DNA of 64,000 nucleotides from an uncultured Clostridium sp. GTDB taxonomy: Bacteria > Bacillota > Clostridia > TANB77 > CAG-508. The notes beneath the pieces are model-generated. The model was not told the DNA's origin. It made no database searches and worked only from the letters and a program-made list of their open reading frames with translations. The translations under genes were made by a program, and so were the position numbers. Positions 20,609 to 30,674 of this stretch are shown piece by piece (within the stretch, counting starts at the first letter, position 1; each line of letters begins with the position of its first letter). The stretch is from positions 11,035 to 75,034 of the forward strand of contig CAKNKX010000001.1 in assembly GCA_930987745.1 (NCBI GenBank). Reading direction: 5' to 3'.

Positions 20609-20776
20609 TTTAAATTCCTCCCTTAGATTTATATTATTTGTCATATTCATTATATACCATTATTTTGATATATAAACAAGTCTTTTTGCTATTTTTTTAT
20701 AATTTTACTCATATATTTCAATATCTAAAAAGGGCCAAAGTCCTTTTATAGTCCTCTAAGCCCTTTTATTTCTTAC

Positions 20777-22063
20777 TTATTTTATTTTTGCATTTTTTAC
20801 TAAAAATTCTAATGCTTTTTCTGATTTTAATCCTTCTTTTATGTAGTTTGCTACATTCTCATTTTTTAAGAATTTTTCATCATTTTCTTTTCCGTAATTT
20901 TTAGCCATTTCTTTCATTTTCTCTGTAATTTCTGCTTCATCTGGTTCTATTTTTTCTGCTTTTATAACTGCCTCTAATGCTAATCTTGATCTAATTCCTT
21001 CTATTGCTTGAGGTTCATATTCTTTTCTTAAATCTTCTTCTGTTTTACCCATAAATTGAAGATATTGTTCTAAATTTAGACCTTGATATGATAATCTTTG
21101 TTCAAGTTCTTTTAACATATTATCAATTTCCATATTTATCATTCCTGATGGAATTTCAACTTTCATATTATCACATACTGCTTTTATTACAGCATCTTCT
21201 GTTTCATATTTTGCTCTTTCTTCATTTTGTTTTTCTTGTTTTTCTTTAATGCTTTTCTTTAATTCATCTAAAGTATCAAATTCACTAACATCTTTTGCAA
21301 ATTCGTCATCTAATTCTGGTAATTCTTTTTTCTTGATTTCATGTAATTTTACTTTAAATGTTGCATCTTTTCCAGCAAGTTCTTTTGAGAAATATTCTTC
21401 TGGGAATTTTACTTGAATGTCTTTTTCTTCATCTATTTTCATTCCAATTATTTGGTCTTCAAATCCTGGAATAAAAGTATTACTTCCTATTTCTAGCTCG
21501 TGTCCTTCTGCTTTTCCGCCTTCAAATGCTTTTCCATCTACAAATCCTTCAAAATCAATAGTTGCAATATCTCCTTTTTCTACTGGTCTATCATCTATTG
21601 AAATTAGTCTTGAATTATGTTCTTGCATATGTGAAAGTTCATGTTCTATATCTTCATCTGTTACTTTATATTCTATTTTCTTTATTTCTACACCTTTATA
21701 TTTTCCAAGTTCAGCTTCTGGTTTTGTTTGCATTGTAGCTGTAAATATTAAATCTTTTCCTTTTTCCATTTGTTTGATTTCAACTTCTGGTCTTGATACT
21801 ATTTCTAAGTTGTTTTCTTTTACAGCTTCTTCTAATGCTTCATTTGCTGAATCATTAAATGCATCTTCGTAGAATATTTCTTTTCCATAATATTTTTCTA
21901 CTATTTGTATAGGTGCTTTTCCTTTTCTAAATCCTGGTATATTAAAATATTTTGCACTTTTAAAATATACTCTTTTTATTGCTTCATCAAATTTTGAAGC
22001 TTCTACTGTTATTTCTAATTTTACTTCATTTGCATTTTTTGTTTTTTCTACTTTACAATTCAT
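20777..22063 (-). CDS. tig: Trigger factor
   Basis: PGFRKGKAP signature and FKBP domain (FIPGFEDQ); tig-clpP-clpX synteny. Confidence 0.98.
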   Translation of the reverse strand: MNCKVEKTKNANEVKLEITVEASKFDEAIKRVYFKSAKYFNIPGFRKGKAPIQIVEKYYGKEIFYEDAFNDSANEALEEAVKENNLEIVSRPEVEIKQMEKGKDLIFTATMQTKPEAELGKYKGVEIKKIEYKVTDEDIEHELSHMQEHNSRLISIDDRPVEKGDIATIDFEGFVDGKAFEGGKAEGHELEIGSNTFIPGFEDQIIGMKIDEEKDIQVKFPEEYFSKELAGKDATFKVKLHEIKKKELPELDDEFAKDVSEFDTLDELKKSIKEKQEKQNEERAKYETEDAVIKAVCDNMKVEIPSGMINMEIDNMLKELEQRLSYQGLNLEQYLQFMGKTEEDLRKEYEPQAIEGIRSRLALEAVIKAEKIEPDEAEITEKMKEMAKNYGKENDEKFLKNENVANYIKEGLKSEKALEFLVKNAKIK

Positions 22064-22222
22064 TTTATCCAAATCCTTTCTTTTCCTTTATAAGCCTATA
22101 TATTATATCATATTTTTCTCATTTTGCAAGGAATTTTTTAAAAAAGACTTGTTTTTTGCAAAATTTTGTGATAGACTTATTTATAGTCAGTTTATTTAAG
22201 AAATTTAGGAGGTGCGATATAT

Positions 22223-22420
22223 ATGGCAAAATGTGCAATTTGTGATAAAACAGCAAGTCATGGAAATAAGCTTAGCATAACTCGTTCTCATATAAGTAAA
22301 AGAAGTCCTCGTACTTGGAAACCAAATTTAAGAAGAGTAAAAGCTGATATAAATGGTGAAGTTAAGAGAATTTATGTATGTGCTAAATGTTTAAAAGATG
22401 GAAAAGTAAAAAGAGCATAA
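22223..22420 (+). CDS. rpmB: 50S ribosomal protein L28
   Basis: MAKCAICDK...RTWKPNL...VCAKCLK. Confidence 0.95.
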   Translation: MAKCAICDKTASHGNKLSITRSHISKRSPRTWKPNLRRVKADINGEVKRIYVCAKCLKDGKVKRA

Positions 22421-22522
22421 GCTAATTTAAAGAGCAAGGCTCTTTTTTTGTTGGCTTTAATTTCTTGGCTATATAAAAAGAAGCAGTATCTTTTACCGCT
22501 TCTTTTTTAGTTTTATCATTTT

Positions 22523-23788
22523 TTATTTTTCTTCTTTGTTATCTACTTTTTCTACTTCTACTGCATCTTTCTTTTCTTTTTTAGGAAGTAAATTTGCAAC
22601 TATTGTTCCTATTCCAAAAATTGCTGAAATGTAGATAATTAATGTTCCTAGTATTGGTATTAATCCTAGTAGCCAGAATATAACTGATGAAATTATTAAC
22701 ACTCCAAATATTCCGATATTTTTTTCAATTTTTAATTTATCGCAAATTAATTTATTTAGAGTAATTACAAATATAGGTGAACCTATCATGATTAATAAGA
22801 CTAATACTGCTACTCCTATTACTCCAATATTTGATGTTACATTAACTAGTAATAATAATATTGGTACAATTAATAAAACAATTGGTGTTAAAATACCATA
22901 TCCAATTACTGCACCAGTTCTTTTTGCCAATATTTCTCCTGAATTTTTTGTAAATTTTGGAGCTAACCATAATCCCAATAACCAAAGAATAATTACTGTT
23001 ACAACAAATCTTCCTGCATACATTATATAATCTTGAATTTGTGCTCCATTTCCAATTTCAGAAGTAAAACTTGTTTCTCCTCCAATTACTCCTTCTGGGA
23101 AAGTAATCTCTTGTGATGCTGTATAATTTAAATTTCCAACTATTCTTCCTTGAGATGTTACTGTTGATTCTCCTTCTTCTTCTGTTTTTGTTTCGATAAA
23201 GTTAATATTTGAACAATCTACAAAAGCATTTCTTCCAACAACACCTGCTATATCTATTTTATTTGCAATTGCTTTTACATCTCTATATACATATCCTGAA
23301 ATTTGCATTGTATTAGACATTGAATACATATCATATACAACACCATTTATATTTATACTATCTGCTACTGCAAATAAGTTACTAAAGATGTAACCTTGTT
23401 CTCCAACTGTCACTGTATTTGCTACTACAAATACATCTCCACCGATTTGAGAATTTATTGTAACATTGTTTGCTGCTACAAATACATTTCCATCTACAAT
23501 ATAATCAATTGTTACATTATCTCCTGTTAACCAAACATCTTGTTGTTTATATTCAACTTGTTCTTGAGTTGCAGTTTCACCAGAATTTTCTGTTGTTCCT
23601 ACTTCTTCCTCTCCTTGAGTTGTTGTTACTGCTTCACCTTCGTTAGTCGTTGTTACTTGTTCTTCTTGAACTACTGCACTGTCATCATCGTTTGTATCTT
23701 GCATATCTTCTGCTTTTACTATCGGTAATGATAAAGCTATTATTACTACCATTAAAAATGCAATTATACTTAATCTCTTTTTTAACAT
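22523..23788 (-). CDS. Secreted/membrane protein with bactofilin-like beta-helix repeats and C-terminal TM segments
   Basis: Signal-like N-terminus and acidic linker; repeated GNVFVAANNVTI / GDVFVVANTVTV / GRNAFV units; about 5 C-terminal TM segments. Confidence 0.65.
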   Translation of the reverse strand: MLKKRLSIIAFLMVVIIALSLPIVKAEDMQDTNDDDSAVVQEEQVTTTNEGEAVTTTQGEEEVGTTENSGETATQEQVEYKQQDVWLTGDNVTIDYIVDGNVFVAANNVTINSQIGGDVFVVANTVTVGEQGYIFSNLFAVADSININGVVYDMYSMSNTMQISGYVYRDVKAIANKIDIAGVVGRNAFVDCSNINFIETKTEEEGESTVTSQGRIVGNLNYTASQEITFPEGVIGGETSFTSEIGNGAQIQDYIMYAGRFVVTVIILWLLGLWLAPKFTKNSGEILAKRTGAVIGYGILTPIVLLIVPILLLLVNVTSNIGVIGVAVLVLLIMIGSPIFVITLNKLICDKLKIEKNIGIFGVLIISSVIFWLLGLIPILGTLIIYISAIFGIGTIVANLLPKKEKKDAVEVEKVDNKEEK

Positions 23789-23847
23789 TTGTATTCCTCC
23801 TACATATTTTCTTATACTTCAAAATATATACTTTTATTAAATTTTTG

Positions 23848-24492
23848 TCAACTGTTTTTTCTCTGTTTTTTATAATATTTGCAGAAATTATTTACCTTAC
23901 ATTTTTCGCACTGTGGCTTTCTTGCAATACATGTATTTCTTCCATGCCATACAAGAAGATGATTTATGTCTTTTAAATCTTCTTTTGGAAATATTTTTAT
24001 TAAATCTTGCTCAATTTTTTCAGGTTCTTTTTTGTCTGATAATCCCATTAAATTAGATATCCTTTTTGCGTGAGTATCTACTGCTATCCCTTCTGCTTTT
24101 CCAAAAACTTCTAAAAGTATTACATTTGCACTTTTTCTTCCCACTCCTGCTAAAGTTATTAATTCTTCCATAGTATCTGGAACTATTCCATTAAATTTTT
24201 CTAGGACTTGTTTTGCACATAATTTAATATTTTTCGCTTTATTTTTATAAAATCCACAAGGATGAATTATTTTTTCTAATTCTTCTATATCAATATTTGC
24301 AAAATCTTCTATTGTTTTACATCTTTTAAAAAGCTCTGGAGTTGTTTTATTTACTCTTTCATCTGTACATTGTGCAGAAAGCATTACTGCAACTACCAAT
24401 TGAAATGGAGTTTCAAAATCCAAACTACATGTTGCATCTGGATATGCTTTTCTTAAATCTTCTACTAATTTCACCGCATCTTTTTTGTTCAT
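23848..24492 (-). CDS. nth: Endonuclease III
   Basis: LSAQCTD, HhH LAGVGRKSAN, VDTH and C-terminal CIARKPQCEKC Fe-S motif. Confidence 0.97.
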   Translation of the reverse strand: MNKKDAVKLVEDLRKAYPDATCSLDFETPFQLVVAVMLSAQCTDERVNKTTPELFKRCKTIEDFANIDIEELEKIIHPCGFYKNKAKNIKLCAKQVLEKFNGIVPDTMEELITLAGVGRKSANVILLEVFGKAEGIAVDTHAKRISNLMGLSDKKEPEKIEQDLIKIFPKEDLKDINHLLVWHGRNTCIARKPQCEKCKVNNFCKYYKKQRKNS

Positions 24493-24653
24493 TTATTACA
24501 CCTCTTTTTTAAGTTATTTTACTAAGTATTTTTACTTGTGTCAACAAATTTTTTCAGCTTTTTTAAAGGTTTATTCGACAATTATTCACATAATTAAGGA
24601 ACAAATAATTCAAATTTTCATATTATATATAAAAAAGAATTGGAGGTAATAGG

Positions 24654-24807
24654 ATGTTTTTTAAAATGCTCAAAAAAACACTTGCTGTTTGTTTAATAGG
24701 TTTAGGTCTAGGTATTTTACTTGTTTTATTGCTTCCATTAACAGGTTGGCTTTTTATCATTGGTGTAGCAGTAATTGCTTGTCGGCTTAATGTGGCTTGC
24801 ATGTTAA
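24654..24807 (+). CDS. Small two-TM membrane protein; probable +1 shift at CGG 24783-24785
   Basis: RBS GGAGG. MFFKMLKKTLAVCLIGLGLGILLVLLLPLTGWLFIIGVAVIAC then GLMWLAC* when C24783 is skipped; the 0 frame would run over the RBS and start of the next gene. Confidence 0.6.
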
Positions 24808-24826
24808 ATTATAAGGAGGGATACAT

Positions 24827-24901
24827 ATGACTATTGTTGTAAAAAAAGTTCCTAAATTTTTAAGAGGCTTTGTAAAATTTATATTTAGAATAAAAGATTA
24901 A
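24827..24901 (+). CDS. spoVM: SpoVM-like small amphipathic sporulation protein (24 aa)
   Basis: RBS AAGGAGG; MTIVVKKVPKFLRGFVKFIFRIKD resembles B. subtilis SpoVM (KLPKFLGGIVR). It lies beside rsgA-rpe and near rpmB, as in B. subtilis. Confidence 0.65.
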   Translation: MTIVVKKVPKFLRGFVKFIFRIKD

Positions 24902-25012
24902 AATGTCCAGTTGGGGACAGGTCTAAATGGAGATTTTTGTCCAATTAGTGACACATCTATATAATTTTTTAAAAGTCCAATTTAAGAAATTTTCTTAATT
25001 GGACTTTTACTT

Positions 25013-25672
25013 TTATTTTTTTAATTCATCTATTATTTCTTTATAATCTTTTGCAAGTAATATTGCAGTTCCTGAAACTAAAATATTTGCTCCTGCTTTT
25101 TTTACTTCTTCTGCTGTTACTAAATTTATTCCGCCATCTACTTCAATATCAATTTCCAAATTATTTTCATCTACATATTTTTTAAAATCAGACACTTTTT
25201 TTGTCATTTCTTTCAAATATGTTTGACCACCTTTTCCAGGTTCTACTGTCATAATTAGACATAAATGTACATATGGTAAAAACTCGTATACTTCTTCTAA
25301 TTTTGTTTCTGGTTTTATTGATATTCCCACTTTACAATTATTTTGTTTTATATAATTAATCATGTTTTTAATTTCTTCTTTTTCTTTGAAAGCTTCTAAA
25401 TGAAACGTAATTATATTTGGTTCTACTGCTAAAAATTCATCTACTGCTGTTTTTACATCTTCAACCATCAAATGTACATCTAGTGGTAAATTAGATATTC
25501 TTTTTATATATGAACTATATGAAAACATTTTGTCATATGTATTTTTTTTGACAAATTTCCCATCCATCACATCTATATGAAAATAGTCTGTTTTCGCCTT
25601 TTCTAACTTCATAAATGTTTCTGCTTCTTTTCCTTTTTCTACATTTAAAATTGATGTCGATACTTCTACCAT
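25013..25672 (-). CDS. rpe: Ribulose-phosphate 3-epimerase
   Basis: HIDVMDG, DVHLM, MTVEPG and EVDGGIN motifs. Confidence 0.96.
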   Translation of the reverse strand: MVEVSTSILNVEKGKEAETFMKLEKAKTDYFHIDVMDGKFVKKNTYDKMFSYSSYIKRISNLPLDVHLMVEDVKTAVDEFLAVEPNIITFHLEAFKEKEEIKNMINYIKQNNCKVGISIKPETKLEEVYEFLPYVHLCLIMTVEPGKGGQTYLKEMTKKVSDFKKYVDENNLEIDIEVDGGINLVTAEEVKKAGANILVSGTAILLAKDYKEIIDELKK

Positions 25673-26562
25673 TTTTTATTTTCCTCCCTGCTTTTTAGTT
25701 CTTGATAAATTTTGCAGAATCTGTCATATCTTCCTTGATTTATTTTTCCTTCTTCTAGTGCTTTTTTTACCCCGCAATTTTCTTCTTTTATATGTGTACA
25801 TCCTACAAATTCACAATCTTTTATATTCTCTCTTATTTCGACAAAATATTTATCTAAATCTTTATAACTAATTTCTGAAATGTCAAATGTCGAAAATCCT
25901 GGTGTATCTGCAATATATGTATTATCTTGTATTTTGTATAATTTTACTGTTGTTGTCGTATTTTTTCCTCTTTTATTTTTCTTACTTATTTCTCCTTCTT
26001 TTGTTATATCTTTATTAAATATTGCATTTATTAATGTTGATTTTCCAACTCCCGAATTTCCTGCAAATGCATTTATATTTCCCATTAACAAAGATTTTAA
26101 TTCTTCCACTCCCTCTTTTTCTTTTGCTTTAGTTTCTATTACTTTATATCCTATTTTTTCATAAACTTCTTTTATATCCTTAAAACACTTTTCCTTGTCT
26201 AAATCTGTTTTATTTAATACAATTATAGCTTCTATTCCTAAAAATTCAGCAAAAGCAAGTTGTTTGTCAAGCATTAATAAATCTGGCTTTGGATTTTTAC
26301 TAGATACAACAAAAATAATTTTTGTTATATTTGCAAGTTTTGGTCTTTTTATATATACTTTTCTACTTTCTATTTTGTTAATCACAGCCTTTTTATTTTC
26401 ATTATCTGTAATTTCAAAATCAACAACATCTCCCACAACTGGAGATATTTCATCTTTCTTAAACCTTCCTCTTGCATATGCTTCATAAACTTCTTGATTA
26501 TTTTTTTCTTTGTTTTCGATTTTATATAAATTCGCAATATTTTCTATTATTAATCCTTGCAT
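25666..26562 (-). CDS. rsgA: Ribosome small subunit-dependent GTPase A
   Basis: NKTD, GNSGVGKST, GKNTT, DTPGF and C-terminal CEFVGCTH..EENC. Likely start at 26562. Confidence 0.95.
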   Translation of the reverse strand: MQGLIIENIANLYKIENKEKNNQEVYEAYARGRFKKDEISPVVGDVVDFEITDNENKKAVINKIESRKVYIKRPKLANITKIIFVVSSKNPKPDLLMLDKQLAFAEFLGIEAIIVLNKTDLDKEKCFKDIKEVYEKIGYKVIETKAKEKEGVEELKSLLMGNINAFAGNSGVGKSTLINAIFNKDITKEGEISKKNKRGKNTTTTVKLYKIQDNTYIADTPGFSTFDISEISYKDLDKYFVEIRENIKDCEFVGCTHIKEENCGVKKALEEGKINQGRYDRFCKIYQELKSREENKKW

Positions 26563-26757
26563 TTTCGCTCCTTCTAAATGTTTTTTGTATAGAAATATGA
26601 TACTACATTTTTCAAAAAAACTCAATTTTTATTTTCAAATTTTTAATAAATTTTTTTCTACAAAAAACTTCAAAAAATTACATTTTCCCCTTGAATTTAT
26701 TTAGTATTTAGTATAATATATATAGAAAGTAACAGATTACTTCCAAGGAGGATAAAA

Positions 26758-27822
26758 ATGCCAAGAAAAACAAAAGAACAAGAAATATTAGAGAGTAACG
26801 AAAAAAAAGAAAAAGCAACTAAAACTACAACAAAAAAAGGCTCAAAAACTGTGACTACTGCAAAAAAGACTACTAAAAAGGCTTCAACAAAAAAAGAGCC
26901 TACAAAGACTGTAGCTAAAACAAAAAAAACTACTACTAAAACAGAAACAAAGCCAAAAACAAAATCAACTACTACTAAATCGGCTTCAAAAACAAAAAAA
27001 TCGGATGTAGCAAATGCAGAAGCTAAAAAAACTACAAAAAAGGCTTCTACTTCAAAAACCAAAAAGGCAACTGTAAAAAAAGAAACTACAACAAAAAAGA
27101 AGTCAACAGCTAAAAAAACCACAAAATCAACAACAAAGAAATCAACTTCTAAGACAAGTACTACAAAAAGAAAAACGACTTCTAAAAAGAAAAAAGTCGA
27201 AATTTTAGAGTATTATGATTTACCTTATAGATATAATCAAACAATTGTAAAAGTATTAGCACAAACTCCAACTACATTATTTGTTTATTGGGATATATCA
27301 GACACAGACAGAAAAAATTTCGAAACTCAATTTGGAGAAAAATTCTTTGAACATACAAAACCTGTTTTAATTATATATAATGATACTTTAGGTTATAGTT
27401 TTGAAGTTGAGATAAATGATTTTGCAAATAGTTGGTATTTACATGTTGCAGATTCTAAATGTGACTACAGAATTGAACTTGGTAGACGTCCTATAAAAAA
27501 CGAAAATAACACTAATATAGATGAAAAAATAACTACAGAATATATCCATATTTCGACATCAAATGAAATTGAATCACCAAATGATAGAATTTTATTTAAC
27601 CCTTCTCAAAAAATGGTATATTTTAGAGATGTAAAAACAGGAATGACCACAGGAAAGCCTGTTAAGACTTTATCATTTATTAGAAGTATGGGAAAAATTT
27701 ATGACATTTATGATTTATATAAACAAATATATCAAAATGAAAATATAGATGAGATTTTTGATTTATCAAATCCATCTTCTGGGAATCCTTCATCTGGAAA
27801 CCCATCTTCAAGATTTAAATAA
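26758..27822 (+). CDS. DUF4912 domain protein with a Lys/Thr-rich histone-H1-like N-terminus
   Basis: About 140 aa of K/T/S/A repeats, then LPYRYNQT..LAQTPTTLFVYWD..NSWYL..ELGR; directly upstream of GH57. Confidence 0.8.
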   Translation: MPRKTKEQEILESNEKKEKATKTTTKKGSKTVTTAKKTTKKASTKKEPTKTVAKTKKTTTKTETKPKTKSTTTKSASKTKKSDVANAEAKKTTKKASTSKTKKATVKKETTTKKKSTAKKTTKSTTKKSTSKTSTTKRKTTSKKKKVEILEYYDLPYRYNQTIVKVLAQTPTTLFVYWDISDTDRKNFETQFGEKFFEHTKPVLIIYNDTLGYSFEVEINDFANSWYLHVADSKCDYRIELGRRPIKNENNTNIDEKITTEYIHISTSNEIESPNDRILFNPSQKMVYFRDVKTGMTTGKPVKTLSFIRSMGKIYDIYDLYKQIYQNENIDEIFDLSNPSSGNPSSGNPSSRFK

Positions 27823-27969
27823 GAGACACTAAAGACCTGTCTCCAGTGTCTCTTTTAATTTTTTGCTTACCTATTTAGAAATTTATCTAAATAGATTTTA
27901 TTTAGTTAAACATTTAGATATTTATCTAAATGACTTAACTATTTTTAATTAAAACAAATTTCGACAAAA

Positions 27970-28000
27970 TGAGAAAAATGGCTCCGTCCCCATTTTCTCA
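27970..28000 (-). repeat. Short family A element, reverse orientation
   Basis: Reverse complement tgagaaaatggggacggagccatttttctca matches the 9529 element. Confidence 0.7.
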
Positions 28001-28021
28001 AAACAAAGGAGAAAGATAATC

Positions 28022-29611
28022 ATGCAACAAAAAAAAGGTTATGTAAGTTTTGTGCTTCATGCACATCTTCCTTTTATTCATCACCCTGAAAGTGATGATT
28101 ATTTAGAGGAGTCTTGGCTATATGAAGCTATTTCTGAAACATATATTCCACTTCTTACTAATTTTCAAAAATTGGTAGATGAAGGTGTTAATTTTAGAAT
28201 TACTATGTCTATGACCCCTCCTCTACTTTCTATGCTTGACAACAAGTTATTACAACAAAAGTATATTAATTATTTAAATAGACAAATTGAATTGTCTGAA
28301 AAAGAAATTAAAAGAACTGCTGGAGATAGCAGATTAAATAAGTTATCACATTATTATTTTGATAGATATTCTAACGATTTGCATTTATTTAAAGATGTTT
28401 ATAAATGTAATTTAATTGAAGGTTTTAAACATTTTCAAGATATAGGTGTTTTGGAAATTATTACTTGTGGAGCAACACATGGATATTTCCCTATTCTTTA
28501 TGTTAACGAAAAGACTGTTAAAGCTCAAATTGCAGTTGGTGTTCAAACATATGAAAGATATTTTGGAAGAAAACCTCGTGGTATTTGGCTTCCTGAGTGT
28601 GGATATGTTCCAGAAGCTGATAAATATTTAAAAGAGTTTGGAATTGATTATATTATTACTGAATCACATGGTATTTTATATGCAGACCCTACTCCTGTAT
28701 ATGGAACTTTTGCACCAATTGTTTCTCCTAAAGGAGTTATTGCCTTTGGTCGTGATATTGAATCTTCAAGACAAGTTTGGAGTTCTATTAACGGATATCC
28801 CGGAGATTTCAATTATCGTGAGTTTTATCGTGATATTGGCTATGATGCAGATTATGATTATATAAAACCATATATTGCTCATAATGGTGTTAGAGTTCAT
28901 ACTGGTATTAAATATTATAGGATTACTGGTAAAACTGAATTTAAAGATTACTATAATCTACAATGGGCAAAGGATTCTGCCGAAAAACAAGCAGGTCATT
29001 TCTTAGATTGTAGAAATGCTCAAATAGAACATTTATCTAATTACATGGATACTCCGCCAATCATCTTATGTCCTTATGATGCAGAACTTTATGGACATTG
29101 GTGGTATGAAGGTCCATATTGGTTATATATTTTATTTAAAAAGATTTATTATGATGATTGTAATTTTGAATTAATTACACCTTCAGAATTTATTGATAAA
29201 TATCCAAATATGCAAGTTGCTTCTCCTTGTCGCTCAAGCTGGGGAGCTAATGGATATAGTGAGGTATGGCTAAATCCAAGTAATGATTATGTACATAGAC
29301 ATCTTCATGTTGCAGGTGATAGAATGTGTGAATTAGCATATCTATTCCCTAATGAACAAGATGAACTAAAAAGGCGTGCTTTAAATCAATGTGCAAGAGA
29401 ATTACTTCTTGCTCAAAGTAGTGATTGGTTATTTATCATAACTAATGGAACTATGGTTGATTATGCTAAAAAAAGAATTAAAGACCATATTGGAAGATTT
29501 ACAAGACTTTATAATGAAATTAAAGAAGATAAAATCGACGAAGATTTCTTAGAAGATATTGAAGAAAAAGATTGTGTTTTCCCAGATATTGATTATATGA
29601 TTTATTCATAA
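28022..29611 (+). CDS. GH57 family 1,4-alpha-glucan branching enzyme-like protein
   Basis: HAHLP, ETYIP, THG, WLPECG, DAELYGHWWYEG and QSSDW motifs. Confidence 0.92.
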   Translation: MQQKKGYVSFVLHAHLPFIHHPESDDYLEESWLYEAISETYIPLLTNFQKLVDEGVNFRITMSMTPPLLSMLDNKLLQQKYINYLNRQIELSEKEIKRTAGDSRLNKLSHYYFDRYSNDLHLFKDVYKCNLIEGFKHFQDIGVLEIITCGATHGYFPILYVNEKTVKAQIAVGVQTYERYFGRKPRGIWLPECGYVPEADKYLKEFGIDYIITESHGILYADPTPVYGTFAPIVSPKGVIAFGRDIESSRQVWSSINGYPGDFNYREFYRDIGYDADYDYIKPYIAHNGVRVHTGIKYYRITGKTEFKDYYNLQWAKDSAEKQAGHFLDCRNAQIEHLSNYMDTPPIILCPYDAELYGHWWYEGPYWLYILFKKIYYDDCNFELITPSEFIDKYPNMQVASPCRSSWGANGYSEVWLNPSNDYVHRHLHVAGDRMCELAYLFPNEQDELKRRALNQCARELLLAQSSDWLFIITNGTMVDYAKKRIKDHIGRFTRLYNEIKEDKIDEDFLEDIEEKDCVFPDIDYMIYS

Positions 29612-29771
29612 TTTATATAAAAATCTAGCTTTTACAAGTTGGATTTTTTATTTTATAAAATTTTATTAAACAAAATGGACAATTTACTTTATATATATTT
29701 TTTTCATATTATAGTGTATAAATTCAAAACATTTAGTAGATACTATTTATATTAGAAAGGGGTATTTTGTA

Positions 29772-30623
29772 ATGATATCATTATGTATTAAGACTAATAA
29801 TTTAGATTCAATACAATATCTATTAAATGAGTTAAGAACAATTGATTTAAATGATATCTGCTTTTCAAGCCGTCAATTTAAACATTATAAAAATGTCATA
29901 ATTCACTATAACGGAAAGTCAAAAAATGACTTTATATCTAAAATTTCTTCTATTCTTTCTTTTTTAGTTATAGATAATTATGAAGAATACTTTTTAAAAA
30001 GAATTCTTTTATGTAATTATTTTTATTTTAATTCTGTCGAAAGGAATCAGATTTTAGATATTTGTTTTGATATAATGGCAGATAACTTAACTGAAAATTT
30101 TAATAGAAAATTCAAATTACTATATAATAGTTTTTTTGAATTTCTCCTTTCTAATAAATATTTAGTATTAGATGGTTTTTTAAATTTTAGAATAAAAGAT
30201 TATATGGATATATTAGATGATATTGTAAATACAGCAACTAATCATTATATTGTGGAAAAAGAGTATTTGGAATTTATCTCTTTACTAAAACTATATATTA
30301 AATCTAGACCTGCTGAAACAAATATTGTTCATCTTATTTATTCTACAAATGAATCTATTTTATTGGATGAGAACAAAGAAATTATTCAAATAACTGGCGA
30401 TTTTCTAAATGCTAAATACTTAAGTGATATTTCTTTTTCTTCTAATGATTATACATTAAATGCTCTGCTTTCATTATTACCTGAAAATATTTTTATTCAT
30501 TTGATTGATAATTATGCTGATGAATTTATAAATACTTTAGAATTAGTATTTGAAAAAAGAGTTCATTTATGCACAAATTGTGACATATGTGAATTTTATA
30601 AATCACACGTGGATTATAAATAA
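29772..30623 (+). CDS. ytxC: Putative sporulation protein YtxC family
   Basis: LDGFLNFR, EKEYLEFISLLKLY, LLSLLPENIFIH and C-terminal C..C motifs. Confidence 0.75.
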   Translation: MISLCIKTNNLDSIQYLLNELRTIDLNDICFSSRQFKHYKNVIIHYNGKSKNDFISKISSILSFLVIDNYEEYFLKRILLCNYFYFNSVERNQILDICFDIMADNLTENFNRKFKLLYNSFFEFLLSNKYLVLDGFLNFRIKDYMDILDDIVNTATNHYIVEKEYLEFISLLKLYIKSRPAETNIVHLIYSTNESILLDENKEIIQITGDFLNAKYLSDISFSSNDYTLNALLSLLPENIFIHLIDNYADEFINTLELVFEKRVHLCTNCDICEFYKSHVDYK

Positions 30624-30674
30624 GACAATAAAGACCCAGAAAACTTTAAATTGTTTAATCTAGGTCTTTTTTTC

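Noticed and set aside
26697-27122. 141-aa hydrophobic ORF on the minus strand
   Set aside because: It is the antisense mirror of the Lys/Thr-rich repeat of the DUF4912 gene.
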